A stretch of 61,032 bases of DNA, filler included, from Sphacelaria rigidula (lineage: Eukaryota), in NCBI GenBank assembly GCA_964200075.2. It is 9 parts of 9 records of this genome, joined end to end, with 100 filler letters (N's around TTAATTAATTAA, not from the genome) between each part and the next. Parts side by side here need not be neighbours in the genome. Positions count along the whole stretch, not along the records: positions 33,965 to 40,656 come from CAXNAA020018584.1; positions 40,757 to 47,448 come from CAXNAA020018585.1; positions 47,549 to 54,240 come from CAXNAA020018586.1; 6 more parts are not named here. One strand, given 5' to 3'. Shown piece after piece: positions 40,141-53,600 of this stretch (within the stretch, counting starts at the first letter, position 1; each line of letters begins with the position of its first letter). The notes under the pieces were generated by a model, which was not told the origin of the DNA, made no database searches, and saw only the letters and a list, made by a program, of their open reading frames with translations. The position numbers were made by a program, and so were the translations under genes.

Positions 40141-40604
40141 TCCTATCTGCTCATATCGGTTGTCGGTTGTGTCCTCGGTGCGTGGCTCTGCGGTGCCCCT
40201 TGATGTGTGTCCGTATCTACTCTGCTGCCCAGAATTCTTCGCGTTTCACCACTTGTGTACTTTCCTCATCTTTTTCCCCTTTTCCCCACCGTTTTTTCTC
40301 TATGTGTGTTCTTTCATGCCGGTGTATGCCACAGCAGTGTGGTACCTCGCTTCATTGTGTTTATTCGTGGATGATAGGGTCCACACCCTAAATCGAGCGG
40401 TTGTAGTGGATGAGCTGCAGTATTTTCCTCTCTGCGGCCATTTGTTTTCTGCGACTGGGTATGAGTGTGTTTTTGCGCGAGACGTTTTCCGCCGAAGCAA
40501 CGTGGTAGAGACCGCCCACTTCTTTCCTTCGCTTTTATTTCATTTATTTTATTTCATTCATTTTATTCTATTTTATTTTATTCCATTTTATTTACTTATA
40601 TATA

Positions 40605-40635
<31 letters not shown>

Positions 40636-40756
40636 CTTTTTTTTTTTTTTTTATTTNNNNNNNNNNNNNNNNNNNNNNNNNNNNNNNNNNNNNNNNNNNN
40701 TTAATTAATTAANNNNNNNNNNNNNNNNNNNNNNNNNNNNNNNNNNNNNNNNNNNN

Positions 40757-41032
40757 AATCTTAGCAGGGTGCAGCTCACCCTTCATTCGACTCGCCGAAC
40801 ACACCACGGCGCTTCGCGCTTGGTGACTGAGGGCGAGCCTGGTCCGGTGAGAACCCGGCGTGCTCCGTCCCGACTTTGTAGGGATGCGAAGTCATTGGTC
40901 TGATGACTATGGCATGCATGATCATGAGTACCCCCCCCCTTCTGAGATGCTTCGTCTCGAAAGGGATGAGTGATTGATGGCCAAAGGAGTAAGGCAAGCA
41001 ACAACTGAGTACGCCCCACCCCCCTCCCTCTC
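40757..41032 (+). mobile_element. Stacked RTEX-like 3' ends (family B then family A)
   Basis: Family B tail ends GAGTACCCCCCCCC at ~40939; family A tail CGTCTCGAAAGGGATG..AAGGCAAGCAACAACTGAGTACGCCCC follows. Confidence 0.8.
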
Positions 41033-41048
41033 CATTGCTTGAGTGCAG

Positions 41049-44000
41049 CTGTGATACCGTTCCAGGGGGCGCTGGGCATAGACATCGGCACAAGCTACCT
41101 CCGGGCGGGCGTGTATGTCAACGGTCGAGTCGAGATTATTTCCAACGCGGAAGGCAACCGCGCGACGCCAAGCTTTGTCGCGTTCACAGACACCGAAGTG
41201 CTTACCGGCGAGGCTGCTCAGGTTCAGTTTCGTTTGAACGGTAAGAACACGGTCTTGGAGGCCAAGCGACTCTTGGGGCTTGGGGTCAGTGATACCTCCT
41301 TCTGTGATTCCGTCTCCAAGCGCTGGTTAGCTCACGTTGAGTGGTCGGTCAGTGACGGAGGATTTCCATCACGCGTGCCCAGGCTCACGACAAAAATGGA
41401 CCACAAAGGCGAGTACCAGGGCTATACACCTGAGGAGCTACTTGCGTTTCAAATCGCCGGGGTGAAGGCGGCCGCTGAGGCTCACCTTGGTATGACGGTG
41501 AGATGTCCGGGAGCCCATTTCGTTGACCAGTGCACAGTGTACCTTTCCTTGGTTTCTGAACATTGAGATGCATACAGTGCAGCGATACAACTGACCCCCT
41601 TTGCCATAGCTTCCGTTCAACCCATAGCCGAGTATGAACAACTTCAAAATGGGCTCGTATTTACAATTTCCCATCGTATTACCTTGGGATAATGATACTA
41701 TAGATCATCCGCTGTATCTGAACAGTATCACGCACAGCTTTTCGTGCAATGGTGAATGGCGGTTATTACCGCTCCCACTACCGTAAGAGTACTCTCTCCA
41801 CAAACCTAGGTTCTGAGGGAGATCATTGTACGATTGTTCCTGAAATATTGTCCCCGCGGTGTATCGGGAGTACAGGGTACTATAGCATCGTCCAGAATTG
41901 ATACCCAGGGTAATTCCCTGCACCATCCGGTAGTACAGCACTGGAAGCGAGGTTGCGCGGTTCATTGACTCTCCGGTGCAAAGCGAAACCGGGCGTGATT
42001 GGTTCTGAACGTGGCGAGTGTTTGCTCAACATCAGGACCGTCTGGTATATTTGATGGCATTGTGCACTATAAGTTTAGTCATGCAGCTGGTATGACGAAT
42101 TCTCTTCGATCTCTGATTTTCTATTTGACACACAACTGCCTGGCCCACTTGCTCCAGCGTTGCATGCACCCATGAACGCCCCCGCGCACGCGGGGGGCGG
42201 GGGTTCCGCGTGTTGTCAACGTGACCGCAACGCACCAAATTCCAACCAAGATGAGGGTTCACGTGAGATTTTTTTCGAAATGTTCTCCTGGAACCTCCTC
42301 CAAGCTTGTATGAGACGCGAAGCGGCAAACACCCCGAATCTCGCATCGTAATCCTTGCACAATGGACGTACACAGGAGTTACTGATTGATCGGGAGAGTC
42401 TATCGGTGAATTTTGTGCTCCCCGGTAACCCGCCGAGCCCCCCCCCCCCCCTCCCGTGCGCCCCGTCCAACGTATGGCAGGTTGCGGATGCCGTGGTTAG
42501 CGTCGGTTCGGCGTACGGCACAGCCAGAATATTGGCGACACGCAAGGCGGTCGAGAAGGCCGGGCTCAATATGATCCATTTCATGCGGTCACCTGATGCT
42601 GCCATCTTAGGCCACTCATTGGAGCATGGATCCGCAGAGGAAAAAAATGTGTTGATATTCGATTTAGGGGCGGGCGAGCTAAACGTGTCGGTCCTGACTG
42701 TGGAGTATGGAATACACGAGACGAAGGCACATCGCGGGTCTAACGTGGGTGGAGTGGATTTCGACAACAACCTCATGGATGACGTCCTGGTGAGCGACCA
42801 TGTCTGCTGTTTACGTGCGTTGTTTTCCCTTGGCAGGGTATTGCTACTGACCACTTGTCTGCAGTATTTTGTTTTTGTCCAGGGCGACGTCAGTTTGTGG
42901 ATCATGCACGACGCAAGTCACACATCGGTAGATCCACGGTACAGCTTGCAGGCGTGCAAGCGTTCGCAATGGTTGTCCCCGTGTTGATCATTCACTTGTT
43001 TTTTTTGGAGGTGGCGTGCTCTCATAGGACTCGCCCACTTTGCGTTTCATGCGAAGCACTTCAATTTTGGAGCAGCACTTGTCATGCCGTCCAGGGCCTG
43101 AACGAGGAACTACAAGAGGGTGCTTTCACATTTACATTTTTTTTATCCCGCGCGCTCGTGGGGTGCTGATCACGAGCGCAACTGTCAAAAATGCGGGTAC
43201 AATGTTTCATCACTGAGGGCTGGTATCAGGGGGTTGAGGCATGCGGAGAAATAAATGCATTGCTTCTGGTCCCGTTTGATCCATCACGCATACGCTACGG
43301 ATCGCACTTTGTTCCCTCGTTATGTGAACACTCAACGTAGGCCAAGGCCCGACGCAGCGGGAAATTGCCGGAAAACCTGGACATGGTGGCTGTGCACCAG
43401 CTCCGCTTGTTATGTGAGCAAGCGAAGCGCCGACTCTCGAGCTTTCCCTACGCAGACATCACTTTCGATCCTAGACTGCCGGGATTGAAGTCCAACTCGC
43501 GATCCTTCGAGATCTTTGAGACGAGGGTGTCTCGAGATGCCTTCGAGGCCATGATCGCAGACCGGATTACAATGTTTGACAGTGTCGTGCGGAAGACTCT
43601 GACCGACGCTGGAATGACTGTAGGACAGATCGAGGAGGTCATTCTTGTCGGCGGGTCTACAAGGATTCCGAAGGTTCAGCAGGTCGGTCGGTGTGCTTGT
43701 GTGTTGTATGCCCCTTTCCGTGTGTTTCCTCACGGAACGAAGCCAACAAGCGTAATACAATGCCGGAAAGGGGAATAGATGTGGCACGCAATTTCCCTGG
43801 TGCCCAAAAGACTAGCTCATGAACTCTGATTGACCTATTTTCCTTGCTTGACGTCGAAGCGAAAAATATATAATCAACTGCCGCGCTTCAGTAAGAGGTC
43901 GCTAAGCGCTGGTTCGCTCCCGCCTCCCCGAACTGCATCTATGAAAAGCATGGTCAAATCGCTCTCCGGGTTGCTCAATCCTGCCGCCCACGCTCAATGT

Positions 44001-45217
44001 TCATCTGGAGCTATCATTGTTGTGATCAGGGTTATCTTGCTGCCTTGCTCCATTTAATCCCGTCAGAGACGGCGCTCCGTCACGGGTGAAACTGTATGCG
44101 TCCATAACCTAAAATCAACACTCACGCATGAGTAAAGCCCTTTGCAGGAGCCAGTCTCTCTCAGTAGGCACGTGACTTCATTGCTGTGTCCAGTACGAAA
44201 AACGGGACTCCATGCGTGAATCGTGAAAGGTATTCGGCGCCATGGTCCTGTGCCTTGTACATGCCAACTGGTTAGTTGACTCCGGCCGTGGATCGTGCGT
44301 TGTGCGTGACAGATGTTGGTGGATATATTCGACGAGGGCCGAGTTCATCAATCCGCAAGTCGAGACGAACTGGTGACACGTGGCTTGGCCTGTAAAGCGG
44401 CGATAAACTCTGGACAAACTGGGGAGGTGCTCGATTCCTTCCTCATGCTCGCAGTCTACCCGTGTTCTCTTGGAGTGGAGACGGCGGGCGGGGTCATGAC
44501 GAATGTCTTGAAGAGGAACACGACACTTCCCGCGAAAAAATCGCGGAGTTTGACCACGTACACAGATAATCAAACAAGCGTGGTGATAAAGGTGTACGAG
44601 GGCGAGCGCACCATGACCAGGGATTGCACACTTTTGGGGACTTTTGTCTTGGATGGTATTCCACCCATGCCCAGGTCGCAGCCCATAGTGGAGGTGACGT
44701 TTGACGTGGACGCCAAGTCTGAGCTCTGTGTGTCTGCCACGGAGCTTTCCACGGGCAACAAAGGCGAGATCATCATCAACGAAGAATCATATGTGAGTGA
44801 TCCCCAGTCAATATTACACGAATACTACGGGTGCCCTAATGGTGAAGGAGTTTCGGGCCAACTCGTCTAGATTTCGACACCATGGCAGGCGTGTTCTTAA
44901 CTCATGTATGCCTGTATTTCCCACCTCAGCTGGTGATGACAGGCTTCTTGTATATATATCATTGGCAAACGCCTCGTCCTTCACCTGCCCCTGAGCGATC
45001 TGATCGTTATGATTCATCCCCACGCATTCCCATACAGGGTCGGGACTGTCCCGACGGAGGAATACTAGCGACTGCAGTAGAACCGACTGGAGTATACCCA
45101 AGCGGAGACGAGCCACCGGTCTACGAGGAGAGCCACCAAGAGACACCGCCACCACCGCCAAGTCATGCATCAAGCAAACGCAAAAACCCCGCGACGAAGT
45201 GGTTCAATCGTAAATAG
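41049..45217 (+). CDS. HSP70: Atypical Hsp70-family protein (NBD plus SBD-beta, lidless), 5' exon missing
   Basis: Phase-compatible exons with no internal stops: 41049-41497 ([26 protein letters not shown]), 42481-42789 ([17 protein letters not shown]), 43341-43682 ([24 protein letters not shown]), 44313-44792 ([25 protein letters not shown]), 45038-45217 (novel tail, TAG). Confidence 0.92.
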
Positions 45218-47170
45218 TACAACGACCTTGTGGCAACTCCATTGCCCACGTTTCTCCAGTGACTGCTGTCACATTGCTCGCCGCATTGACCTATTCTTTC
45301 TCCATCTATGCCTTAAGGTTGGTATGGTGTCAGACCGGTTGTTGTATGCTACGCGGGGAAGATGGAAGGCGGTGAAACTAGCGCATGCTTGTGATGTTTG
45401 CCGTGTGCTGTTATATCCATTTCGTGGTGAGTACGGTTGACGCGGATACCGCTTTCGATGTTGTGGCTTCCACGATCATTCGCGAACGACACGGGATCGA
45501 TGCGGCCGTCGTATTTCGTGATAGCCCCCGGTCCGTGTTCCGCTGCGGTGGGTCACAAAACCATTTGTTATGTGTGACAATAACGGGGTGTCAATGGGAT
45601 ATCGAAAGCGGGTGGCAGTGGATGTTTCAAGACGGGTGCCTCCTAGACCAACCATTTATAATATCTTTGCGGTCTCGATTCTCGAGATCTTGTGTCTATT
45701 GTGCTGTTGACGTGGCGTACTTCGAAATAGTTTTGGTGGGTAATACCGTGTGACAAACGCGAAAAAGCCTCAATAGCTGTAGCCCGAAACCATGTTTTGC
45801 GCGGGCATACTTGTGAGCTGAATTGGCTTTTGCGCTCTGCGCTTGATCCCCCAATTTCAGAGGACGAATGGGGAAGAGAAATAATCCAGTTGCTCTGACC
45901 CTTGTACTGAGGGAAGGAACGTTGTGTGTGCTCATCTGGTGAAAATCATTGATTGACATGGACCGTTTAGAAGGATAGGCATTCAAACTCCGTATGTATA
46001 CCAGCCTTCTGGTGATACTGTTGAAACCAAGTACTGGGTTACACGGTCGAAATATGCCGAAAATCAATACTATCCGTACCCTACTGACTGTAATAGCATG
46101 ACAGTCGATCGGCGTAGAGAACATGTCGTTTGGACTCCAACAATTGCCCCTATTTCGCGACAGCAGTGGTGGGAGTGCGCTGTAGTGCAGGCCACAAGGG
46201 GACGTCTGAGTTCTCGGGTGTGTCGGTGTTGAGGATGGTTGTAAAATCGTACACGCGGTATCTGCCATATTATTCGCGCGACAGGAGTCGCTACCCGATT
46301 CTTGTATATTAATCCGGGTAAGTGGGTATGAGGTCGGTTGCTGCGGGTATCCGGGAGTCGGAAGAGATTCTCGTACTTGTTTTTGGAGAACATCTTCGAG
46401 GGATGGACGTTGGGTGATGAACGGTGTGTACACGGGAAAAAGGCGGGATACACCGTATTCAGTAGAGAGGGGCACGAGAACTACTTCACCTCAATTTTGG
46501 AGAAAGTAGCGGAGCCAAGGATACATCGTGCAATATTTTACTTCAGTAGGAGTAGGCACTTTGTGTAACTTAGACGGTCCCTCCGAGGGCCGAAGAAAAC
46601 GTATAGTAGCTACGCACAGGGAAATCCCCAGGAGGACAGGAAGTTACAACACGTGAGTACGGAGTTATCCGCAGCTGTTTCGTCATACTATAGGGTCAGT
46701 ATACCGCGCGTACTCCCGTCTGCTCAGAGGTGATCACGGTAACAAACTGCACAGAAGTCGCAAGACCTGTGAAAGCTAGAGAGTTTGATTTTTATCAACT
46801 GCATCACTTGGGTCTCCCTTAGCTTCGCTGGGTTCGTCATCGTACTTCGAGTCTCCGAGTATCCAGTGTTGAGATACAGGCAGCCATTACAGCGGCGGAA
46901 GCGGCCTTTCACTCCTGCGTGCGCCACCTGGGGCAAATGCAAGTTGTAGCTACAACACGGACAGCTTTACAACATGTGGCGTAGCGATATAGCGCATAGC
47001 GAGGAATGATATTCCGCGTACACGTTGGCCGCAGGTACAAGCGGCTGCGTTCATGATGTGGCGAACTGCATAGGACGCTCGAGCAACAGAGAGCTAAGTC
47101 ATGCATGCCATGACCCAGCAACGCATGTTCTTCGATACCGACCGCTTCGCGCCCGGCGTAGACGTCATCT

Positions 47171-47318
47171 TTCTGGGCGGTGGCGAAGGTATTGCGTGTG
47201 ATCCCGTCCATGTAGGTGGAATCGAGCTCGACGGGGTGAGCTGGGGAGTCCACCACGTCGAGCTCGATTCCACCTACGTAGACGGGATCACGCGCAATAC
47301 CTTCGCCGCCGCCCAGAA
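47171..47318. repeat. Long near-perfect hairpin (68-bp arms, 12-nt loop)
   Basis: 47171-47238 versus 47251-47318 reverse complement: 5 mismatches, three of them G:U-compatible on the + strand. Confidence 0.92.
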
Positions 47319-47639
47319 CAGTATTTTGCAGGCCACTTACTGGCCCACGTTTGGTATTTGTGTATTGAAACTTTGTGTGGGACCTGTGGCGCAATCACGC
47401 CGTCACGGTTGAGTATATAGTGGATCCTGGATGATGACCAGGGGACAANNNNNNNNNNNNNNNNNNNNNNNNNNNNNNNNNNNNNNNNNNNNTTAATTAA
47501 TTAANNNNNNNNNNNNNNNNNNNNNNNNNNNNNNNNNNNNNNNNNNNNCATCATCCACAGGATGCCCTTGTCTCCTGGTCATCATCCAGGATCCTACACA
47601 TGCTATATCTACTACGCCTTGGTGTATTTTGGCTACATC

Positions 47640-50600
47640 CCCCATTTTTCGAAACCGATCCAGGGTCCAGCCCATTCAAGGTTGAATCGTGGGTACTCAC
47701 TATAGATCCTACGTGTCCATCCCTGGTTGAGTTTTTAATAATGCTCGGCCATATTCCACCAGCAACGACGAAATGGACATTCATGTCTCCCGGGTCCGTG
47801 ATTCGGGCATCCCCAGACAGATCATTATCATCCGGCGGCTGTGGTAAACGACACAACATATCCGCATTCGCGTTCACGCGTCCTGGCTTGTACTTGATTT
47901 CATAAGTGTACGCACTTGAAACGTCGTGCCAACGCTTAACCCTCGGAACTTTTTCTGCAAGGCTCAATGAACTTCGCAAAGGTTGATGATCAGTATAAAT
48001 CTCAAACGGCACTCCGTAGAAAAGTGGTCTGTTCTTCTTGATGGCCCACACAATAGCCGCTGCCTCTAATTCGGACACACTCCAACTTCTCTCGCCGGGG
48101 CATGTTATCCCCGTGAAGTTGTTCCACCACCGCGCCCAGACCATCCAGTGATGCATTCGTGGTAAGCATGAATGGGCGTTTCCCCAAAGCTGCATCTTCA
48201 AAGTGTGGAAATGCTAAAACGTTCGTACCGGTCAAGGATAATAACATCTCCTTGGCTATCGATTCGTGTTCTTGAGGAAACTGAAAACGAGTTCCTTTCT
48301 TCAACAAACTTCTTAAAGGTTTGAGCCTCGCAGCCATTCGCGGAATAAATTTACGGTAGTACCCCAAACATCCCAATAGCGATCTGAGCTGGGATACTTC
48401 AGACGGCATTGGCATCTTGATTAAAGCCTGTGCCTTGTCCTGATCAGGAGAAATTCCCTCAGCCGATATGTGATGCCCTAGAAATTTCGTTTCTGCCATC
48501 CCAACATGTGCCTTTCTCGGTGCCAATTTCAGGTTGGACTTGGTCAGCCGTTAAAGGAGACCCTCCAAGCCATCTACATGTTGCCTGCCTGTTCTACGGT
48601 CGACATCGTTCCAACCCATCACATATTCTCGCCATGATGGCCTGGAACCAACCTGGACTTCCACTGCACCCCGTCGGTATAACTAATCATTCATAAAGAT
48701 CACTCTGCGTACCAATCGCCGTTAACGGGATTGATTCTTGGTGTATAGCCACATTGAAGTACCTGGAAGTGATGTCCAATCATGAAAATATGTTGGCACT
48801 CCCCATTTCATCCAAGAGTTCCTCAATGATCGGAATGGGTAAAACCTGAACTATTGTACTGCCATTAAGCTTTTTGTAGTTGCACGTAATCCGAATGGAC
48901 CCACCCGCTTTGTTCACTACTACGAGCGGGCTACTCCAGTTCGAATATGATCTCCTCAAAATACCTGCTGCGAGCATGCGATCAATTTCAACTTGTACTT
49001 TCTTCTGTACTGCTGGGTTATGACGATACGGGTGCTGTTTGACGGGCCTCGTCCCCGGTTGAAGTTCAATTCAAAATGGATCCACCATGCAATACCCCAA
49101 ATCCATCTTGTCCTTTGAAAATCGATGTTAATTTTTGCACAAAAGCTCCCCCAAATTTTCAATGTCCTCAACTGGCCAATGTGCGCCTTCCAACCCGAAC
49201 CCTATTCTTCGCATATGTGTGGGAAGCTTCACCCACATATCTTTAAATGCTCGTTGTTGTTCATTTGTCAAATCTGCCAAGACCGGAGGTTCTTCTAGAT
49301 TTTGGTCAACCGTGAGTATTTCCTCGGGTTTCAGATCCTTAGTTTCAGAGATCTTGACGTCCTCCAGAAAGCATGGTACCAAAGGTGCCCCAGCAGAACC
49401 TAGAGTGGTGTTCGGATGGAACATCTGTCCTTCTAAACCGGTAAAACGGCGAGGGATAATGGATTCACCTGCTTCTATGATAATCTCCTGTGAGGATCAA
49501 TCTGAATCCAGAGATACATAATAACATCCACTTTTGATGGGCGTTGCGTCCCTGTTACATAGTTTGACCGGAATACATGACAATGTATCAAGTCGTATCA
49601 TATCATGGGATCCATTGCACATCACTGTAACTTGAGCTGTTGACGATTGCGGTTCCACAAAACCAATAGCCTTGCGGACTTGTTCCGCAAACGCACGATG
49701 AACAGAGTCGATCTTGTTTCCTTGCAAGGTCATGACTATTTCTCGTCGGTTCACATCACGATATGTTCTGACCGGAAATAATCCAAGGCCATCACGTCCG
49801 ACTGGAATGTCATAATTCATTGTTCCATTAGGTACAATATGGGCGTGAATTGCTAAACATGCTCGNNNNNNNNNNGAACTGACACTTGTGGGTTGGGTCT
49901 TCTAGGCCACAGTCTGATATTTGACCGCACCTGTGAAAAGATACACAACGGGATACCATGAAAACCACCCCAAGATGCTGGGTCTACCTCTCGGATGCCT
50001 TCAATGGTGGCTGCCCCGACGTCAACCATTTGTTTTTATATTGAGTAATGAATACACGTCGCCGAACTCCCCGTGTCCATCAAAGCCTTAACTTTCAAGG
50101 TTCTAGTCGCCTTCGGGCCCGAAAATATTTGCGCCACGGTCGAACTTCTCCTCCCCTTACTTGGCGAATTTCTTCCAAGTATGGCCCTTTCCTTTCTCGC
50201 GCAACCTGACTAGATACTGTCGCTGGTACGCAGGCGGGGACAGGTTCTGTAGGTAAACGACTCCCAGTTTTCGGATCCAGCGCATACTTTCGGCTGGTGT
50301 CCCGCTTGGGTCGTTACCATTATCTACTACTACCCTACGCACTGCGCAACACGAAGATTAATCACGATCTGTTAGTCGTGAAGTATCGCGGGATTCTTCA
50401 ACGATTCTATCGGGGAAATCAATAGTCATGCAAGCCTGCACATCGTTACCGTTGTCAGATGATCCTCTTTCGTGCACGGTTGCCAAATCGAGAGTATGAC
50501 CAGCCACGCTTGATCCTCCCTGACCTATATTACTGTTGCCCCGACTGCTGCGAGCTAGAAAGCTATACACACCGGAATCTCTGGTCGGAGAAATTTCATT

Positions 50601-53600
50601 TCCACCTATCTCACTGCTACTGATTATCGAACCGGCATGTTTCGTTACTTCATGCACATAGGAAATCTTGGCGGGACCATTTCTCTTTTCCCTTGCCGGA
50701 GCATTACTGTTATCCCGGCTGCCGCTGGCAGAGGTGCCGTGGACAGTCGAAAACTTAGTTTCGGCGGGAGTAGTGTCATTTCGACCAACCAAGTTACTAC
50801 TATTACTATTGCTCTTGCCGATGCGGGCTGTTTTGCCCCGCACAGTAGAACATTCGGCGGGACGTCTCTTGCATGTGTTCCCCAGTCCAGATGGGTATCG
50901 AGGGCTACGTTGAGAGCTAGCTTGATCATGCGGTTCTCCTACCTCACCGTGGATGCTTACTTGTCCTACTGGGTGCTCTTTACTCTGCGACTGTACAATC
51001 GCCTCGGGTTCATCCGTAACCCTAGCTACAACCGACGGCTCAAATGATTCATCTTGGCTGCTTGCCTGTGCACTCGACGTTTTAGTTTCACCTAAAATAT
51101 CGCTAAGAATTGATGCGCAACTAGGGGAGCCACCCCTACGGGATGCACTATTCGGGTGGCCGGACTGAAATGCCGTGCAAGATTTCCACGCTAAGGCCCC
51201 ACTTGCACCCGTCTATATTTAAGTGCCTACAGAGTGCTTGACACTCTGATCTGTACAGAATTGTGATGTCTTTCCAACTTTCAAATTCCCTTTCCTCGGA
51301 TGATCAGTCCTTACGCTGAATTTCAGTGTTCCATCGGCACCACAATTCTTACCCAGTGGGACCGCACTTCCCTCGTTCCCCCAACTAGTAGTCTTCCCGT
51401 GCAAGGACAGTTGAACTGTGCGGGCTAAACACAGTGACGCCACCAGTGTCTGCAATCATTGCTGGAGGGTCAGGTTCTCCACTACTTATAACGGGCTGAA
51501 GTGCTGTCGATGAGCTGGCCCAAGTTTCATCGTTGCACCTTTACGGTTTGTTTCTATTACGATGGTAATCACACAGCCGGTCTTGCAATCGTCGCCGTTT
51601 TTCAGAAATTTCTTGTGGAGATCCTTCCCCGATCTCATGATGGATAATGCCTGACTTATTTATGAATTATTTCGGACAGTCTCGGGCAAGAAGGTGCTCC
51701 GAACTGCCACAACTTAAACAGAAAGGACCGAATGCTTTACGCGCGGCATCTTTTGTTTCGCGAGAGTTGAAACGTTTGTAAAAGGGGGATCCCTGCCCTT
51801 TTCCCCAAAACGGTGATTGTTTTTCTGACCAATGGAAATAACATACTGCATTTCTGTATTTTCCTCATGGTATATCTCATCAACACTCATGACACTCCCA
51901 AAATGTTTAATATGTAACGTCTCGGCAAAATGTCAGCTCTGGTTGTTACGCCACCGACACTCCTAGTACCAAAACGTTTCGCTGCTACGACCACCGAGGT
52001 GTTCGTGTCGAAACCTCGAAGGACGTTCATCAATTGCTCAACATCTTCGAAGGGGAGGGGTTGATGGTGCCGACCCCCAAACACCGGTGCACTAATATTA
52101 GGATATTGGTCATCGATGCCGTTTTTCACCGCCGATTGAAATGAACCAGTCCTAGGGGCTAATTCTCGACCAATACTTTGCACATTAGCCACTAACAGTC
52201 TCAGTTCAGATAAATAGGTCGCGACCGTAGTCCCAGGGTCAACTGTGAAATTTGCCAGCAAACCCATAACATTTATTTCTTCCGAGTCGTACCTTTTCGT
52301 TTTATAGAAGCCACTCCCACGAGGGTGCGCCCGACTTTGACCTCGGCAGCCCCGTGTTAAAGATCCTTCCGACCCCCCACCGGTTCTCCCGCCACCTTTA
52401 GCCGCACGGAATTTGTATCCACCTGCACGCAACTCGCATCTGGCAGTATGATACATCAAGTCGGGGAACGCAAACGTTGGAGGCAAAGACATAGAAGTTG
52501 GTTTGCGGGCTGCAGCGGGGGTTGATTTCACTGCCTGTGCATATGACTGCGATGCCTTTCCTACCAACTGCCACTCTCTGTCAGCCTCCTGCTCCACTTC
52601 TGGGACAGGCTCAGCGGGGTTAGCTACCCGAGCCGACGTCTCAACAGCTAGAATTTCAGAAAGCCGTCTAGCCAGGGCTTCATCCTTCTTTATTGTCGCT
52701 TCTAACTGTCTGCTCCTACGAGCCGCAGCACGGAGTTCAGCATTATGCAACACCCGAGCGAGGGTCTCGTCTCCGTCCGTGTCGTGACCGTTTAGGGAGG
52801 ACGGACTTCTTGCAGGATTTGACCGCTCAAAGCAAGTCGGGTGCCCTTTATCAACTCTAGCTACAGCAGCCACTGTGCCGAAGATGGATTTACCCTCTCT
52901 CTTTTCTTCATCAGTTAACATGTGCCTCGTCAAAACCGACGGAATAGAGGTATAGACCTCCCCCGGCGCAGCGACCGTCGTGCATGAGCGACCTCCATCA
53001 TGGGCGTCAATTCCCAACACTCGGCATCTATCCGCATACGACAAAGAGTCCAATAATTGACGGACGTGTTCCACCACATCAACCACCACTGCACTAGGTT
53101 TGTCGACCCTTACAGTGGTGTTTTGAAAAAGTGCACATTCATTTGCCACCACCATACACGGTTTCGTTACCTCGATGGCCATCGCAGCCGGAGTGGTCAT
53201 CGCGTTTGCTGGGCTTGCGGCACGGGCCTCCTCCGGGCTCGTGGTACTTGTAACCATCACCCCCGGCAGTCCACCGACGAGTTCGACGATTTGCCGTCAA
53301 CGATCGTGCAAGTATCATTGTCTGCAGAGGCGTGTACAGTACCATTAACGGGGGTAGCGCACATGGTCACTATAGGTTCGGGTAACAATTCACAGTGTTG
53401 CGGGGGCAACGAAAAACAACCAACCGACTGAAAACCCTGATCTGTCCGGTTCGTTTGTTCTGCTTGTACTGGAGCAGCGTTGACCCGCTGCGTCCCGATC
53501 GATCGGGCGACTAATGCCGAGATAGCCCCCCCACGAACCGGCGAAAAAAGTTCACGGGGGACATGATCAAAAGTGCTGTTCGAGCCGGTTTCGTGCAGCA
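47640..53600 (-). mobile_element. Decayed Ty3/Gypsy retrotransposon (gag, protease, RT, RNase H; integrase not on the scaffold)
   Basis: Gag-like ORF 53260-51887; knuckle CLSCGSSEHLLARDC at ~51700; protease ALMDTGSS at ~50080; RT WSSPLVVVNK..RITCNYKKLN, KFLGH, LRSLLGCLGYYRKFIP; RNase H TNASLDGLGAV, ELEAAAIVWAI..YTDHQPL. Stops, frameshifts and loss of the YxDD segment. LTRs not delimited. Confidence 0.92.

Noticed and set aside
10288..45217. Functional cluster of CCA enzyme, EXS transporter and Hsp70
   Set aside because: The genes lie on three different, arbitrarily adjacent scaffolds.
47421..47595. Inverted repeat GGATCCTGGATGATGACCAGG.GACAA spanning the linker
   Set aside because: The two arms are on independent scaffolds; more likely a high-copy repeat at which both assemblies broke.
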